A stretch of DNA of 64,000 nt from a virus (IMGVR_UViG_3300031555_003590:160001-224000); one strand, 5' to 3'. Shown: positions 28,982-39,027, numbered from the stretch's first letter. Notes: generated from the sequence alone by a model not told the origin. A program made the numbers and translations.

Positions 28982-31900
28982 TTATTCCTCCTCTGAACCC
29001 ATTAAGAACTTTTCATCAAATACACGATAATTCTCTCTAGGATCTTTTTCAACTACTATTTCCATTGGATTATTTGGAATTCCGTATATTTGAATTTTAC
29101 CTTCAGTTGCTCTAACTAATGAGTTCAAGATTTCATTATAAGCTCTTTCATTTTCAGCTTTAATTTTCAATTCTTCATGATCATCATCTAAAGGATATTC
29201 ATCTAAATAATTTGAAATTTTATAATGCATTTCATTTTCATATAAACTATCATCAAAGTACATTGAATTCATATCACAATAAGGTGATAATGATACTGAC
29301 TGGCCTGGGTCTGAACTACTAGAGTCTGCGAGGCAAAGGTATGATACCATACTTGGATGCAATGTTCTTTGTCTAATTGGTATTCTTCTGGCATCATTTC
29401 CGCCTAAACTGTTGGGCAGATATCTTCATATAGTATTGTAAGTACTATACAGTTCTCACTACTATAATTAGTAGATGAACTTCTCTAGTTCTCACTAGAA
29501 GCTGAGACTATATCTTCCTACTATAATCTATTACCAATTATAGTAAGCCTCTCGTTTCCCTTTACATGTAATCATTCCATTATTACATAACCTATTAACT
29601 TGGTAGGTACTCTACTGACTGTACTATGAAAGTATTTCTACTAATCACACAGTTGGTCGATAGTCGTTGAACCTGCAACTAGTTAACACTAGTTGATTAG
29701 CTGCGGATTTTCTCTACCTTATACCTTGTTACCATACTCTAGTTAGTTACTCTAGACCATTATAGTATCACTACTATAACTTGGTAGTATAAGTCTAATA
29801 AGATGTTCCCGCAATTATGAGAGAAAGGGCAATATATTAATGATTATATTATTTTAAAATTAATATTAGTTAATTTTAATATAATATATTCCAAAGTTCG
29901 CCCTTCTTTGTTATCTTCCATTTGTTTACAAAGTCCATATCAGAATTACTTTCAGCATATCTTAAGACACCACTACTATATAGTTTAGTAATAAAAATAT
30001 CTTCAGGAAAGCGAAAGAGGTTCATACTATCACGAATAGTAGCTTTAGATCCAAGACTTACTATTCTATTTATTCGTTTAGATACTTCAGCTGTAACTAG
30101 TGTACCTAAATATTCATTGCAACGAAGTCTTTTATTTATCATTGATAGATTATCTTTCATATATCTTCATATAGTATTGTAAATACTATACAGTTCTCAC
30201 TACTATTATTAGTAGATGAACTTCCTCTAGTTTTCTAGAGAGATGAGACTATATCTTCTCAATACATTTAAATATATTGAGTCTCTTCATTTCCATTTAA
30301 ACCTTTCGGTACCTCATTAACTTAGGCTGTACTCTACTCACAATATTGTTTTCGATAGTCGTTGAACTTCTTACTTTAATAAAATATAGATATTCTCTGG
30401 TAAAATATCATATACATTTTCTGAGCTCTTTAAATTCTGATTTAGATATTTGGGAAGTCATAATAATAGAAAGAAGCTTTTTATATGTTATAATAGAATT
30501 GTCTTTTAGAACTAATACTTCTGTATTATCTTCTAATTTATTATTGTATGCTTTAACTATATAAGCATCAAAGTCATCAGTCTGGTATGGACGTTGAGAG
30601 TCATTAAATTTAATTAAATCTAATAGATCAATGTTCTTACCACAATAATTAACTTTTCCATGCTCAATATTATGAATCTTTCCATCAATATCTACTAAAA
30701 TATTTCCATCTTCACTATAGATTATAAAATCCCATATATGATATGGACTAATCCTTTTACTATTAGTTACTGGGTTAATTGGAAACATTTTATTGAAATC
30801 AGGATGTTTAATTTGATTTCTATATTGCCATTTATAATTAACCTTTTTAGTTAGTAAAGGAATTTTATCTAAATCTTCACAAAAGATAATTTCAGTAGGT
30901 CCCTTAATAATTTTATCTGATTCAATTATACTATCAAGTCTATTTTTATAAGAATTATCTAAATTTTCATCACTTATATTATCCCAATATTCTACTAAGT
31001 GAAGCATTTTTAATTCTCGTTCTTCTAATGTTAAACTAGCCCAATGTACTAATTGTATTTCTGATAAATGTTGTCTATTTTTGGGATTTTTGAAATATTC
31101 TTTTGTACGATTAGAAATTATCGATGGAAAATCTACACTTGCACGATAAGCATCTCCGACAACCTTTAAATCTTTCTTTCTCTTCGATTTAAATTCTTCA
31201 GGTCTATCATCCCAAATTTGTTTACACAACTTAGAATGACTTTCAACATTCTTAGGATCATCAAAATACTTTTTATTGCCTTCTCTTAAAGCTTCAGTAT
31301 TTCTTTTTCCACTGCAACTTTTACAAATATGAGATCGTGATTGTCTATATGATTTAAAAGTAATCTCATATACTTTACCGCAATCTTCACATGTTACTGG
31401 AACTTTTACAATTTCTCTACATTTTGGACATGCCCAAATATTATCAGGATAATATTTATTGGTAATAAGTATTTTATTACACCCTTTACATGTATATGTG
31501 AATTTATTACCTGTCATATAATAACCTCCTTTCTATTAGAATATATACCAGATTTATTTTATTAAAGTAATTTAGTTGCTGATTTTCTAATCCTAAACGT
31601 TTTTACAATCCAATAGTCATTACACTATCTGCTACACTATACATTACTGCTAGCTGCTGTAGTTTAGGCTCTAAAGATGTTCCAGCAATTAGAAGAAAAT
31701 GTCCGAAGATCCAGACCACAACTTATGATAATTTTGTATAATCCAGCGTAATAAATAATAAATGTTTTGTTTATCATATTCATCTATCTTTAATTCTTTT
31801 CTAGTAACATCATCTAATAAACGATTGAAGAATATATGTTGATATTGACCTCTACTAATAGTATTCTTACCACCTACTAATATCATCCATTGTTCCCAAT

Positions 31901-32723
31901 TATCAATATCTTTATATTCAATTTTAGTTTCTTCAAATAGTTTAATTAAACAACCTACTATTGATTGAATATAAATTTCTTTTTCAAATATATCTTTCAT
32001 TACGGTAACAATTATATCACTTTTCTTACCACAATCAAATCTAATAACTTTATCTGTTTTAGGATATTCTTTATTTTTATTTTCAACATGTATAAATCTA
32101 TCTACTTCCATAAAATTTAAACATTTAGAAATAGTTAAATTAGAATAAATCATTAATACATTAATTGCCGATTTGAAGATTTGAATATTATAAATTGGAA
32201 TTGTATATTCATTACCATTTAAATCTGTAAAATTTTCTTTTGTTGTTTTAACACATATTGGCATTAATGATTTAATTGTTACTGCTCCAAATGATGGATA
32301 TAACATTTTATCTACCATCTGATATATTAAATAACATTTTTTTCCTTTTATATGGAGATATCCATGTTCATCTTCTATTGGTAGTATAATTGGTTTCTTT
32401 AAATAGTGAACTTTCATTACACCATTTTTATCTAGACCAGATACTTCAACATCTAGATACATTACACCACATCTAGTTTCTGCAATGTTTTTAATTACTT
32501 TATTTTTATTTGAATTACGTCTAATGACATGATCATTGATATCATATTTATCTTCATCTGGTACCCATTCATATCCTAATATTTTTATATTGGGTAATAT
32601 TTCAAATCCTTTAAATGAATCAAATATATATTCCTCCAATGGTTTATCAAATGCTTTGTTCATTAAATCAACATTTAATTGATCAACATAATCATTTTGT
32701 AAATCATTCAAATATTGTAACAT
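28982..32723 (-). CDS. phage multisubunit RNA polymerase beta subunit, N-terminal half; three exons: 32723-31713, 30157-29900, 29416-28982 (567 aa spliced)
   Basis: Spliced junctions give HKLWS|KDNLSMINKRLR and KITKKG|PNSLGG..RQRTLHPSMVSYLC..SSSDPG, matching the beta SALGPGGL...RDVHPTHYGRVCP.ETPEG region; GYLHIKG..CYLIYQM in exon 1. Confidence 0.85.
29417..29899 (-). ncRNA. group I self-splicing intron 2 (ORF-less, 483 nt)
   Basis: P/Q/R/S core on minus strand: AATTGCGGGAA, AATCCGCAGC, GTTCAACGACTA, AAGATATAGTC; terminal G; removal restores reading frame. Confidence 0.88.
30158..31712 (-). mobile_element. group I intron 1 (1555 nt) with homing endonuclease ORF in the P6 loop
   Basis: P/Q/R/S: AATTGCTGGAA, AATCAGCAAC, GTTCAACGACTA, AAGATATAGTC; P1 exon GTCT pairs with GGAC (U-G at splice site); terminal G; 16-bp inverted repeat (30371-30386 / 31555-31570) flanks the ORF. 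Confidence 0.88.
30408..31517 (-). CDS. intron-encoded homing endonuclease, zinc ribbons plus Vsr-like (PD-(D/E)xK) domain
   Basis: Four CxxC pairs at N-terminus, helical basic repeats, WDFIIY...LVDIDGKIH; AAAGGAGG RBS. Confidence 0.75.
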   Translation of the reverse strand: MTGNKFTYTCKGCNKILITNKYYPDNIWACPKCREIVKVPVTCEDCGKVYEITFKSYRQSRSHICKSCSGKRNTEALREGNKKYFDDPKNVESHSKLCKQIWDDRPEEFKSKRKKDLKVVGDAYRASVDFPSIISNRTKEYFKNPKNRQHLSEIQLVHWASLTLEERELKMLHLVEYWDNISDENLDNSYKNRLDSIIESDKIIKGPTEIIFCEDLDKIPLLTKKVNYKWQYRNQIKHPDFNKMFPINPVTNSKRISPYHIWDFIIYSEDGNILVDIDGKIHNIEHGKVNYCGKNIDLLDLIKFNDSQRPYQTDDFDAYIVKAYNNKLEDNTEVLVLKDNSIITYKKLLSIIMTSQISKSEFKELRKCI

Positions 32724-33031
32724 TATTCGTCCTCCTTATTAAATTTTATTAAAATATTAATTGTGTCTGATTCGCTTATCTTTTCAGGAATACAACCAAA
32801 TATTTTAATAATTTTTTGATTCAAATATTCTTCTGGTATTTTATGACCTTCTGATTTCCATAACATTTTGCTATGATGTTGATCCTCTTTACACCATAAT
32901 GAAATAACTTCATTGTGTGAAATTAATGTGTCAATTAAATCTTTTACTTTACAAGGCAATGTTATTATTCGTTTATCTTCTTTCAATTGTTGTAATACAT
33001 TTACTAATTGATCTTTACTTATAACTTGCAT
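32723..33031 (-). CDS. hypothetical protein
   Basis: 102 aa, AAGGAGGT RBS, TAATG-coupled to RNAP beta. Confidence 0.75.
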   Translation of the reverse strand: MQVISKDQLVNVLQQLKEDKRIITLPCKVKDLIDTLISHNEVISLWCKEDQHHSKMLWKSEGHKIPEEYLNQKIIKIFGCIPEKISESDTINILIKFNKEDE

Positions 33032-33114
33032 ATAAAATACCTCCTTTTCATTTTCAATAATATATAAATGTAAATCTGTTACTAAATGAAGTTTGTTTTC
33101 AATACTGAAATAAA

Positions 33115-33144
33115 ATAAGAAGGGGTAATATTACCCCTTCTTAT
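33115..33144. terminator. perfect 30-nt palindrome / terminator
   Basis: ataagaaggggtaatattaccccttcttat. Confidence 0.7.
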
Positions 33145-33147
33145 ATA

Positions 33148-33822
33148 TTATTTATTTAACTCAGGATCTTTATAAATACTACTTCCAGTTGCTACAATTT
33201 GATTTTGATATTTAGAATTATTTTTAATACCATATAATCTATCAGCATATTGTGCTTTAAAGAAATATACTTGAGCAATCCTCATTCCTTTATATAGATA
33301 AATTGGATATGAAGATTGATTAAAAACTTCTAATGTTATAGTACCTCTAAAGCCTGCATCAATTAGACCAGCTTGTTCGGTCTGAATACCTAATCTAGCA
33401 ATTGAACTTCTACCTTGTACAAATGATAAAATTCCATTTGGAATATTTAAAATTTCTTGAGATGCCATTAATACAAATTCATTGGGCATTAATTTATAAT
33501 ATTCCATTCCACTTTCTTCATCCTTTTGAAATAGACCGGTATCATATTGAATCTCTTTACGGGTATCGATAGATTTATGTGTAGTAAAAATAGTAGCATT
33601 ATTATTAAATTTAATTTCTTTATTTGTAAAATCTAAAGTATCAATACGATTATGTTTAATCTTTTTCCAAGTATTACCTAATGTTAGATCAATACTATTT
33701 GGTTGAATTTGCGCTTCAGTTAATTCACCTTCAATTAGTAAATTCTTTGCATTATATTTTAGAATAGTTCTATCACTTAATACTGGTTTAAATAAATCTT
33801 TAATATTTTTAATAAATTCCAT
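33148..33822 (-). CDS. dcd: dCTP deaminase
   Basis: QIQPNSIDLTLG, GRSSIARLG, AGLIDAGFRGTITLE, GMRIAQ, SKYQNQ. Confidence 0.92.
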   Translation of the reverse strand: MEFIKNIKDLFKPVLSDRTILKYNAKNLLIEGELTEAQIQPNSIDLTLGNTWKKIKHNRIDTLDFTNKEIKFNNNATIFTTHKSIDTRKEIQYDTGLFQKDEESGMEYYKLMPNEFVLMASQEILNIPNGILSFVQGRSSIARLGIQTEQAGLIDAGFRGTITLEVFNQSSYPIYLYKGMRIAQVYFFKAQYADRLYGIKNNSKYQNQIVATGSSIYKDPELNK

Positions 33823-33920
33823 AAATTATAAAACACTCCTTTTCTAAATAAATTTTTATTTTATACTATTTCGATAATATATTATTAAAAAGAATAGTAA
33901 AGATTTTATGGAGGTATTAT

Positions 33921-35045
33921 ATGAGAATATTATTATTTGCTGATATTCATATTGGTAGTATAAAAGATACTACCTATGTGTATAATGTTATTACTGATAT
34001 AATTGAAAAAGAAGTTGTATTGAAGAAGACTGATATGGTTGTAATATTAGGAGATTATTTTCATCGATTATTTAAAGTGAATGAAGAATATGTATCATGT
34101 GCAATTAATGTAATGACATATTTAATTAGAGCATGTAAACGATCAAATACTAAAATTCGAATTATATATGGAACCGAATCTCATGAGATGAATCAGTATA
34201 AATTATTTAATTATCATTTTACCAGTAGTAATTTAGATATTAAATTATTTGATACTTGTACTGAAGAAACTATTGATGGAAAGAATATTTTGTATGTTCC
34301 AGAAGAATATATTTTAGACAAAAAGAAATTTTATAAAAAGACTTTGTATTCAGGTAAAAAATATGACTATATCTTTGGTCATGGAACTATTTTAGATGGA
34401 ATGCCAGCAGCAATGTCCTTTAGTAAACCTAATCCAGATGAGAAACAAGTTCCTAGATTTAAATCAGGTGAATTTAGCGAAATATGTACTATTGGAGTAT
34501 TTGGACATGAGCATCGACATAAACATATGGAAGGTGAAATATATTATTTAGGATCATTATTTAGAGATTCTTTTGGAGAAGAAGATCCTAAAGGATATGG
34601 TATTATTGAAGATGACAAATTTACATTTGTTGAAAATATACAAGCATATGTATTTAAAACATATGAATTTAATTCTGAATCAAATGTATATAATAGTAAT
34701 GATGATATTATAAGAGAAATTGAAAAAATTAAACAAGAAAATCAAAATGTATTTAATGGTAATCAACATGGTAAAATTAGAATAATATTTAATACGCCAG
34801 AAAATATAGATTCTACTTTTAAAGAAAATTTAAAAACAATTTTATTCAATGATAAATTTATTGCTCCATTAATAAAAGAATCTAATACTGAATTAATAAA
34901 TGATGCTAAAGATGAAGTTGATGATGAGTTTGAATTTCTATTAGATTCATCATTACCAATTAATGATAAAATTTATAGATATTTAAATAAAATATATGAA
35001 AATCCAATGAGTATGGAAGAATTGATAATGTATCTAAATGAATAA
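33921..35045 (+). CDS. Mre11/SbcD-like metallophosphoesterase nuclease
   Basis: ADIHIG, LGDYFH, GTESHE, FGHG, FGHEH, YLGS...FGEEDPKGY. Confidence 0.85.
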   Translation: MRILLFADIHIGSIKDTTYVYNVITDIIEKEVVLKKTDMVVILGDYFHRLFKVNEEYVSCAINVMTYLIRACKRSNTKIRIIYGTESHEMNQYKLFNYHFTSSNLDIKLFDTCTEETIDGKNILYVPEEYILDKKKFYKKTLYSGKKYDYIFGHGTILDGMPAAMSFSKPNPDEKQVPRFKSGEFSEICTIGVFGHEHRHKHMEGEIYYLGSLFRDSFGEEDPKGYGIIEDDKFTFVENIQAYVFKTYEFNSESNVYNSNDDIIREIEKIKQENQNVFNGNQHGKIRIIFNTPENIDSTFKENLKTILFNDKFIAPLIKESNTELINDAKDEVDDEFEFLLDSSLPINDKIYRYLNKIYENPMSMEELIMYLNE

Positions 35046-35048
35046 AAT

Positions 35049-35073
35049 ATAGGGAGAGTTCAACTCTCCCTAT
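35049..35073. terminator. bidirectional terminator between convergent genes
   Basis: atagggagagtt-c-aactctccctat. Confidence 0.7.
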
Positions 35074-35077
35074 TATT

Positions 35078-35371
35078 CTATCTAAAATCAGGATCTTTTA
35101 ACTTATCTTCTAAATCTTTTATTGTTTTTTGATATATTGATCTTTCTTTATTACTGAGAACTTTACAAGTTGTATCAAATAAGAATATTACAATAAGTAT
35201 TATTGAGTAAAACCACCATTTGTATCCAATTGCCATTTGAAACCATAATAGAATTAACCCGTATCTCCAATAATAATCATGTTTTAATAATGTAAATATA
35301 ATTATTAATTGCCAAAAATTATCTCTTATTAATAACAATATTGATGAAATATTATTTAATAAAAATTCCAT
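35078..35371 (-). CDS. small membrane protein
   Basis: 2-3 hydrophobic Trp/Tyr-rich segments and a charged C-terminus. Confidence 0.65.
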   Translation of the reverse strand: MEFLLNNISSILLLIRDNFWQLIIIFTLLKHDYYWRYGLILLWFQMAIGYKWWFYSIILIVIFLFDTTCKVLSNKERSIYQKTIKDLEDKLKDPDFR

Positions 35372-35389
35372 ATAAATACTCCTTTCTAA

Positions 35390-35980
35390 TTAAAATGGAT
35401 CTATTGATTGTTGTGGAATATGAACATTTTCTTCAATCTGTTGATTTACATTACCAGTAGATTTTTTATTAATACCACTAGTAAATGTAACACTAGGAGT
35501 ATTAGAATTATATTTATAATCATATCCTCTTTGAATATAATCATGATATGTTATTAATGCCCATTTAGCATCTATAGATAAACTTAGTATCATATTTAAT
35601 AATTCTAATAAAGTAATTTTTTCAGATAGCCATTCTAATTCTGAATGAGTAGAAGCATAATCATCAGCTATATTAATAGCATCATTTAATTTATTTAATT
35701 CAGTCCATGGACTACCATAGCCATTATTAAATGAATTAGATGATGTAAATAATCCATCATTTAATGAATTCATATTATTACAATCAGATTCAATTCCAGT
35801 AATCGATTCTTTAATTGGAGTTATAAAATCAGATGAATTACGTTTTACTTCTTTTTCTCTTGAATCAATAATATTAATTCTATATGATGATACATTAGAT
35901 AATGATTTAATACATTCAATAGTAGCATCTTTAACAGAATTAATTCCAGCTAATATTCTTTCTACATCCGGACCCATCAT
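35390..35980 (-). CDS. hypothetical protein
   Basis: 196 aa, AAGGAGGT RBS. Confidence 0.75.
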   Translation of the reverse strand: MMGPDVERILAGINSVKDATIECIKSLSNVSSYRINIIDSREKEVKRNSSDFITPIKESITGIESDCNNMNSLNDGLFTSSNSFNNGYGSPWTELNKLNDAINIADDYASTHSELEWLSEKITLLELLNMILSLSIDAKWALITYHDYIQRGYDYKYNSNTPSVTFTSGINKKSTGNVNQQIEENVHIPQQSIDPF

Positions 35981-35985
35981 AATAT

Positions 35986-36603
35986 TTATTTACCTCCTTT
36001 ATTTGGAAATATAATTTCATCTGGATGTTTATTATAATAAATTACAGATACATCAGTTCTAGGTTTAATGCTATAAAATATACGAATTGTAGAATCAATA
36101 ACTAAACAGTCATCAGCTAACATTCCATGTTGAATAGAATCAGCTACAGATTTAGCATAGTTATCAAAATCTCCTGTACGTCTCCATGGTCTAATTAATC
36201 CTAATTCTGCTAATACTTTATTCTTGATACTAAATGATGAAGGAGTTTTTTCATATACAGTAATATTTAGAGTACATGGTGTATCAATAAATGGAAGATT
36301 ATTTTCTTTAGCAAACTCTTCAAACCAATCACCATTTTCTTTTGCCCTAGGTACATATGTTTTTATATATGCGCCTCTTCTATTAAATCTTGGACGAGCA
36401 GATGGTCTAACAATCTTCCACATTGTAAATTCTAATTTAGTAGTTTTTAATCGTTTTATTTTTCTTGCTTCTGCAGCAATCATATCATTAAATTTTTTAT
36501 TATCAGCTTTCTTTCCTAATATATAAGTAATACGATCTAATTGATCATTTGGTATATGACCAAATTCTTGTTCATATAATTTATCTTCTCTCTTTTTTGA
36601 CAT
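35986..36603 (-). CDS. RusA-like Holliday junction resolvase
   Basis: RPSARPR, GDFDNYAKSVADSI, LADDCLVID, YSIKPRTDV. Confidence 0.85.
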   Translation of the reverse strand: MSKKREDKLYEQEFGHIPNDQLDRITYILGKKADNKKFNDMIAAEARKIKRLKTTKLEFTMWKIVRPSARPRFNRRGAYIKTYVPRAKENGDWFEEFAKENNLPFIDTPCTLNITVYEKTPSSFSIKNKVLAELGLIRPWRRTGDFDNYAKSVADSIQHGMLADDCLVIDSTIRIFYSIKPRTDVSVIYYNKHPDEIIFPNKGGK

Positions 36604-36694
36604 TTAATTCACCTCCTTAAATAATTAAACTACTTGTAACGACTTTACTTGTATATTAATATTTTTATATTATAAATTAGAAAGGAATGTTATT

Positions 36695-38602
36695 ATGAGC
36701 TTTTTAGAGTATTCAAACAAAACACAATCTAATATTATTCCTCAGGAAGAATTTGAGGGATTAATTGGTGAGGTATTTGGAGTTATCTCAGATAATTTAA
36801 GTAAATCATTAGGTCCACTTGGATCTTCTGCTACTATTCTTGATGGAATGATGACTGAAGCAACTAAAGATGGTCATGCTATTTTAATGAAATATTGTTT
36901 CCATAATCGTTACAAAAAGATGATATATAATTTAATTAAAGCACCTTGTATTCGCATGAATAATACTGTAGGAGATGGTACAACAACTGCTATTGTACTA
37001 ACTAATGCATTATTTAAACAATATAATGGTGCTCCTGGTGTTAATGGACGTAAGAATGCATTTAATACTTTATATAGGCTTCCTCGTCAGTTTACTAAAG
37101 CATGGGATGAAGTTATTAATGATCTAAGAGAAAGAGTAATGAAAGCAGCTACTCCAATTGAACCAAATGATTATGATACTATTTATAATATTGCATATGT
37201 TACTAGCAATGGCAATCATGATATTTCTACAGCTATTGCTGAAACATATAAAACAGCTAAGTCTCCTTCTATAAAGCAAAAAGATTCTCCTACTAATAAA
37301 TCTTATATTAGTCCTATTAATGGATTTGATTTTCCTGCTAATCTAATTAGTGATGCATTTGTTCGTAATCAAGATCTCAGTGCTACTGAAAAAGATATTC
37401 GTATAATGATTTTTGATCATAAAATTGAAACTGATATGTTTAATAAAGTTATTGCACCCATTAATGATGTAATAAGAGCAATGGGTTATAAACTATTAGT
37501 ATTAGCTCCATATTATGATGTATATATGTGCGATACAGTAGTTGATCAATATTTAACATATGAAATGCGTACTAAAGGTAGTATTAATCTTATTATGGGT
37601 CAGTATAGTATAGGTAAACTTGAACCTCATCAGTTAGTTGATCTTGCTACTATACTTAGGGCAAAAGTTATTACTCAAGAAATGTTTACAGGATTATCTA
37701 ATACTATTGCAGGTGGTATCAATATTGATTCTTTAGTAGAAGATATTATAGAAAATGATTCATTTGAATTTTATAGATTAATTGGTCAAGCATCTGAGGC
37801 TATTCTATCTTGTAATACTGGATCTATTTTTAGAGTTACTGATATTGAAAATGATCAAAAGTATATTGATACTCTTAATCGTGCACGTAAAGATTTAGAA
37901 GATATTATATCTAAAACTGATTATGAAAAGCATTCATATTCTGCTAAGATTTATGAAGCTAATGCAAGAGTACTTCAATTAGAAATGAAAAATTATATCT
38001 ATTACATTGGTGCTGACAGTGATTTACAAAAACAAATTATTTGGGATTCAGTTGAAGATGTAATTAAGTGTGTACGTTCTGCTATCAAATATGGTGTTGT
38101 TCCTGGTTGCCAAATTACTATTGCACGTTCATGTGTAGATGCAATGAGAGAACTAGTTCCTATTGGTATTGAAAATCCTCAAGAATTTTTGGATTCTTTA
38201 TCTGATGATATTCGTCTAAAATATGGTATTTTAGATATGATCTATGATTCAGTTACTATGGTATATGCTCAAGTATTACATGGTGCTAGTGGCCAGGGTA
38301 TGGTTAAGCTGGTTGATAGATGGCAATATACTGCCAATACTCCTGAAGCTATCAAGGCATTAGAAACTGCTGCTATTCAAAAGGGTCTTGAAATTATTAA
38401 TACTAGTTTTAATGAAAATAAAACATTTGATCTAGAAACTCTTGAATATAGTGAAAATATTATTACTTCTGCAGAGACTGATAGTATGGTATTATCTGTT
38501 GCATCTGAATTAATTAAAATTTTAATTAGTGGAAATCAATGCATTTTCTTAGATAGTGAAATTAATGAAAGCCATCAAGAAACTAAAGAATTTTATGTAT
38601 AA
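36695..38602 (+). CDS. phage GroEL-like chaperonin
   Basis: SLGPLG, TKDG, VGDGTTTA, GVVPG equatorial ATPase motifs. Confidence 0.9.
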   Translation: MSFLEYSNKTQSNIIPQEEFEGLIGEVFGVISDNLSKSLGPLGSSATILDGMMTEATKDGHAILMKYCFHNRYKKMIYNLIKAPCIRMNNTVGDGTTTAIVLTNALFKQYNGAPGVNGRKNAFNTLYRLPRQFTKAWDEVINDLRERVMKAATPIEPNDYDTIYNIAYVTSNGNHDISTAIAETYKTAKSPSIKQKDSPTNKSYISPINGFDFPANLISDAFVRNQDLSATEKDIRIMIFDHKIETDMFNKVIAPINDVIRAMGYKLLVLAPYYDVYMCDTVVDQYLTYEMRTKGSINLIMGQYSIGKLEPHQLVDLATILRAKVITQEMFTGLSNTIAGGINIDSLVEDIIENDSFEFYRLIGQASEAILSCNTGSIFRVTDIENDQKYIDTLNRARKDLEDIISKTDYEKHSYSAKIYEANARVLQLEMKNYIYYIGADSDLQKQIIWDSVEDVIKCVRSAIKYGVVPGCQITIARSCVDAMRELVPIGIENPQEFLDSLSDDIRLKYGILDMIYDSVTMVYAQVLHGASGQGMVKLVDRWQYTANTPEAIKALETAAIQKGLEIINTSFNENKTFDLETLEYSENIITSAETDSMVLSVASELIKILISGNQCIFLDSEINESHQETKEFYV

Positions 38603-38609
38603 TTAAGTA

Positions 38610-38643
38610 ATAATAGAGGGAGCATTATAGCTCCCTCTATTAT
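38610..38643. terminator. bidirectional terminator between convergent units
   Basis: ataatagagggagc-attata-gctccctctattat; 24-nt core identical to 63419..63442. Confidence 0.75.
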
Positions 38644-38644
38644 A

Positions 38645-38809
38645 TTATTTATTATTAGTAACTTGATTAGTTTTCATATCTTCTCTAAGAGGAAGAGTTA
38701 CAGATAGATTCATTACTTCAGAATGAATATTTTCAGGAACATCAGATTCTTTTCGTTCACCTTTTTGAATCAATCTAGCCCAATATTTAATTAGATGACG
38801 TTTAGCCAT
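38645..38809 (-). CDS. small CD1375-like protein
   Basis: Not in ORF track; MAKRHLIKYWARLIQKGERKESDVPENIHSEV...; AAGGAGGT RBS. Confidence 0.6.
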   Translation of the reverse strand: MAKRHLIKYWARLIQKGERKESDVPENIHSEVMNLSVTLPLREDMKTNQVTNNK

Positions 38810-38810
38810 A

Positions 38811-38993
38811 TTAATTACCTCCTTTATATTGTTTTAATGCTTTACGCTCATGACCAGTAGATCTATCATTTTTAATATCATCTTCAATCATTTTAATTAA
38901 TTCATCACGCAATCTACTATCATCAATATCTTTTAAAGATTTTGATCCATTACGAATATATTTTAAATATTCATCTAAAATTTCATTTCTCAT
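38811..38993 (-). CDS. small CD1375-like protein
   Basis: YLKYIRNGSKSLKDIDDSRLRDEL resembles the neighbouring ORF; AAGGAGG RBS. Confidence 0.55.
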   Translation of the reverse strand: MRNEILDEYLKYIRNGSKSLKDIDDSRLRDELIKMIEDDIKNDRSTGHERKALKQYKGGN

Positions 38994-39027
38994 ATATTAA
39001 CCTCCTTTATACATGATTAATTTTGAG

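Noticed and set aside
2584-28996. Other nested track ORFs (2584, 6425, 7066, 7360, 14340, 15363, 16681, 18384, 20828, 24616, 28370, 28742)
   Set aside because: They overlap better-supported genes and lack RBS or recognisable content.
29876-30160. 94-aa ORF and 126-aa ORF (28982..29362) as independent genes
   Set aside because: They are exons 2 and 3 of the RNAP beta gene; the ATG at 30160 is the intron 3' end (terminal G).
35078-35371. Holin
   Set aside because: Membrane protein of suitable size, but far from the lysin and with no diagnostic motif.
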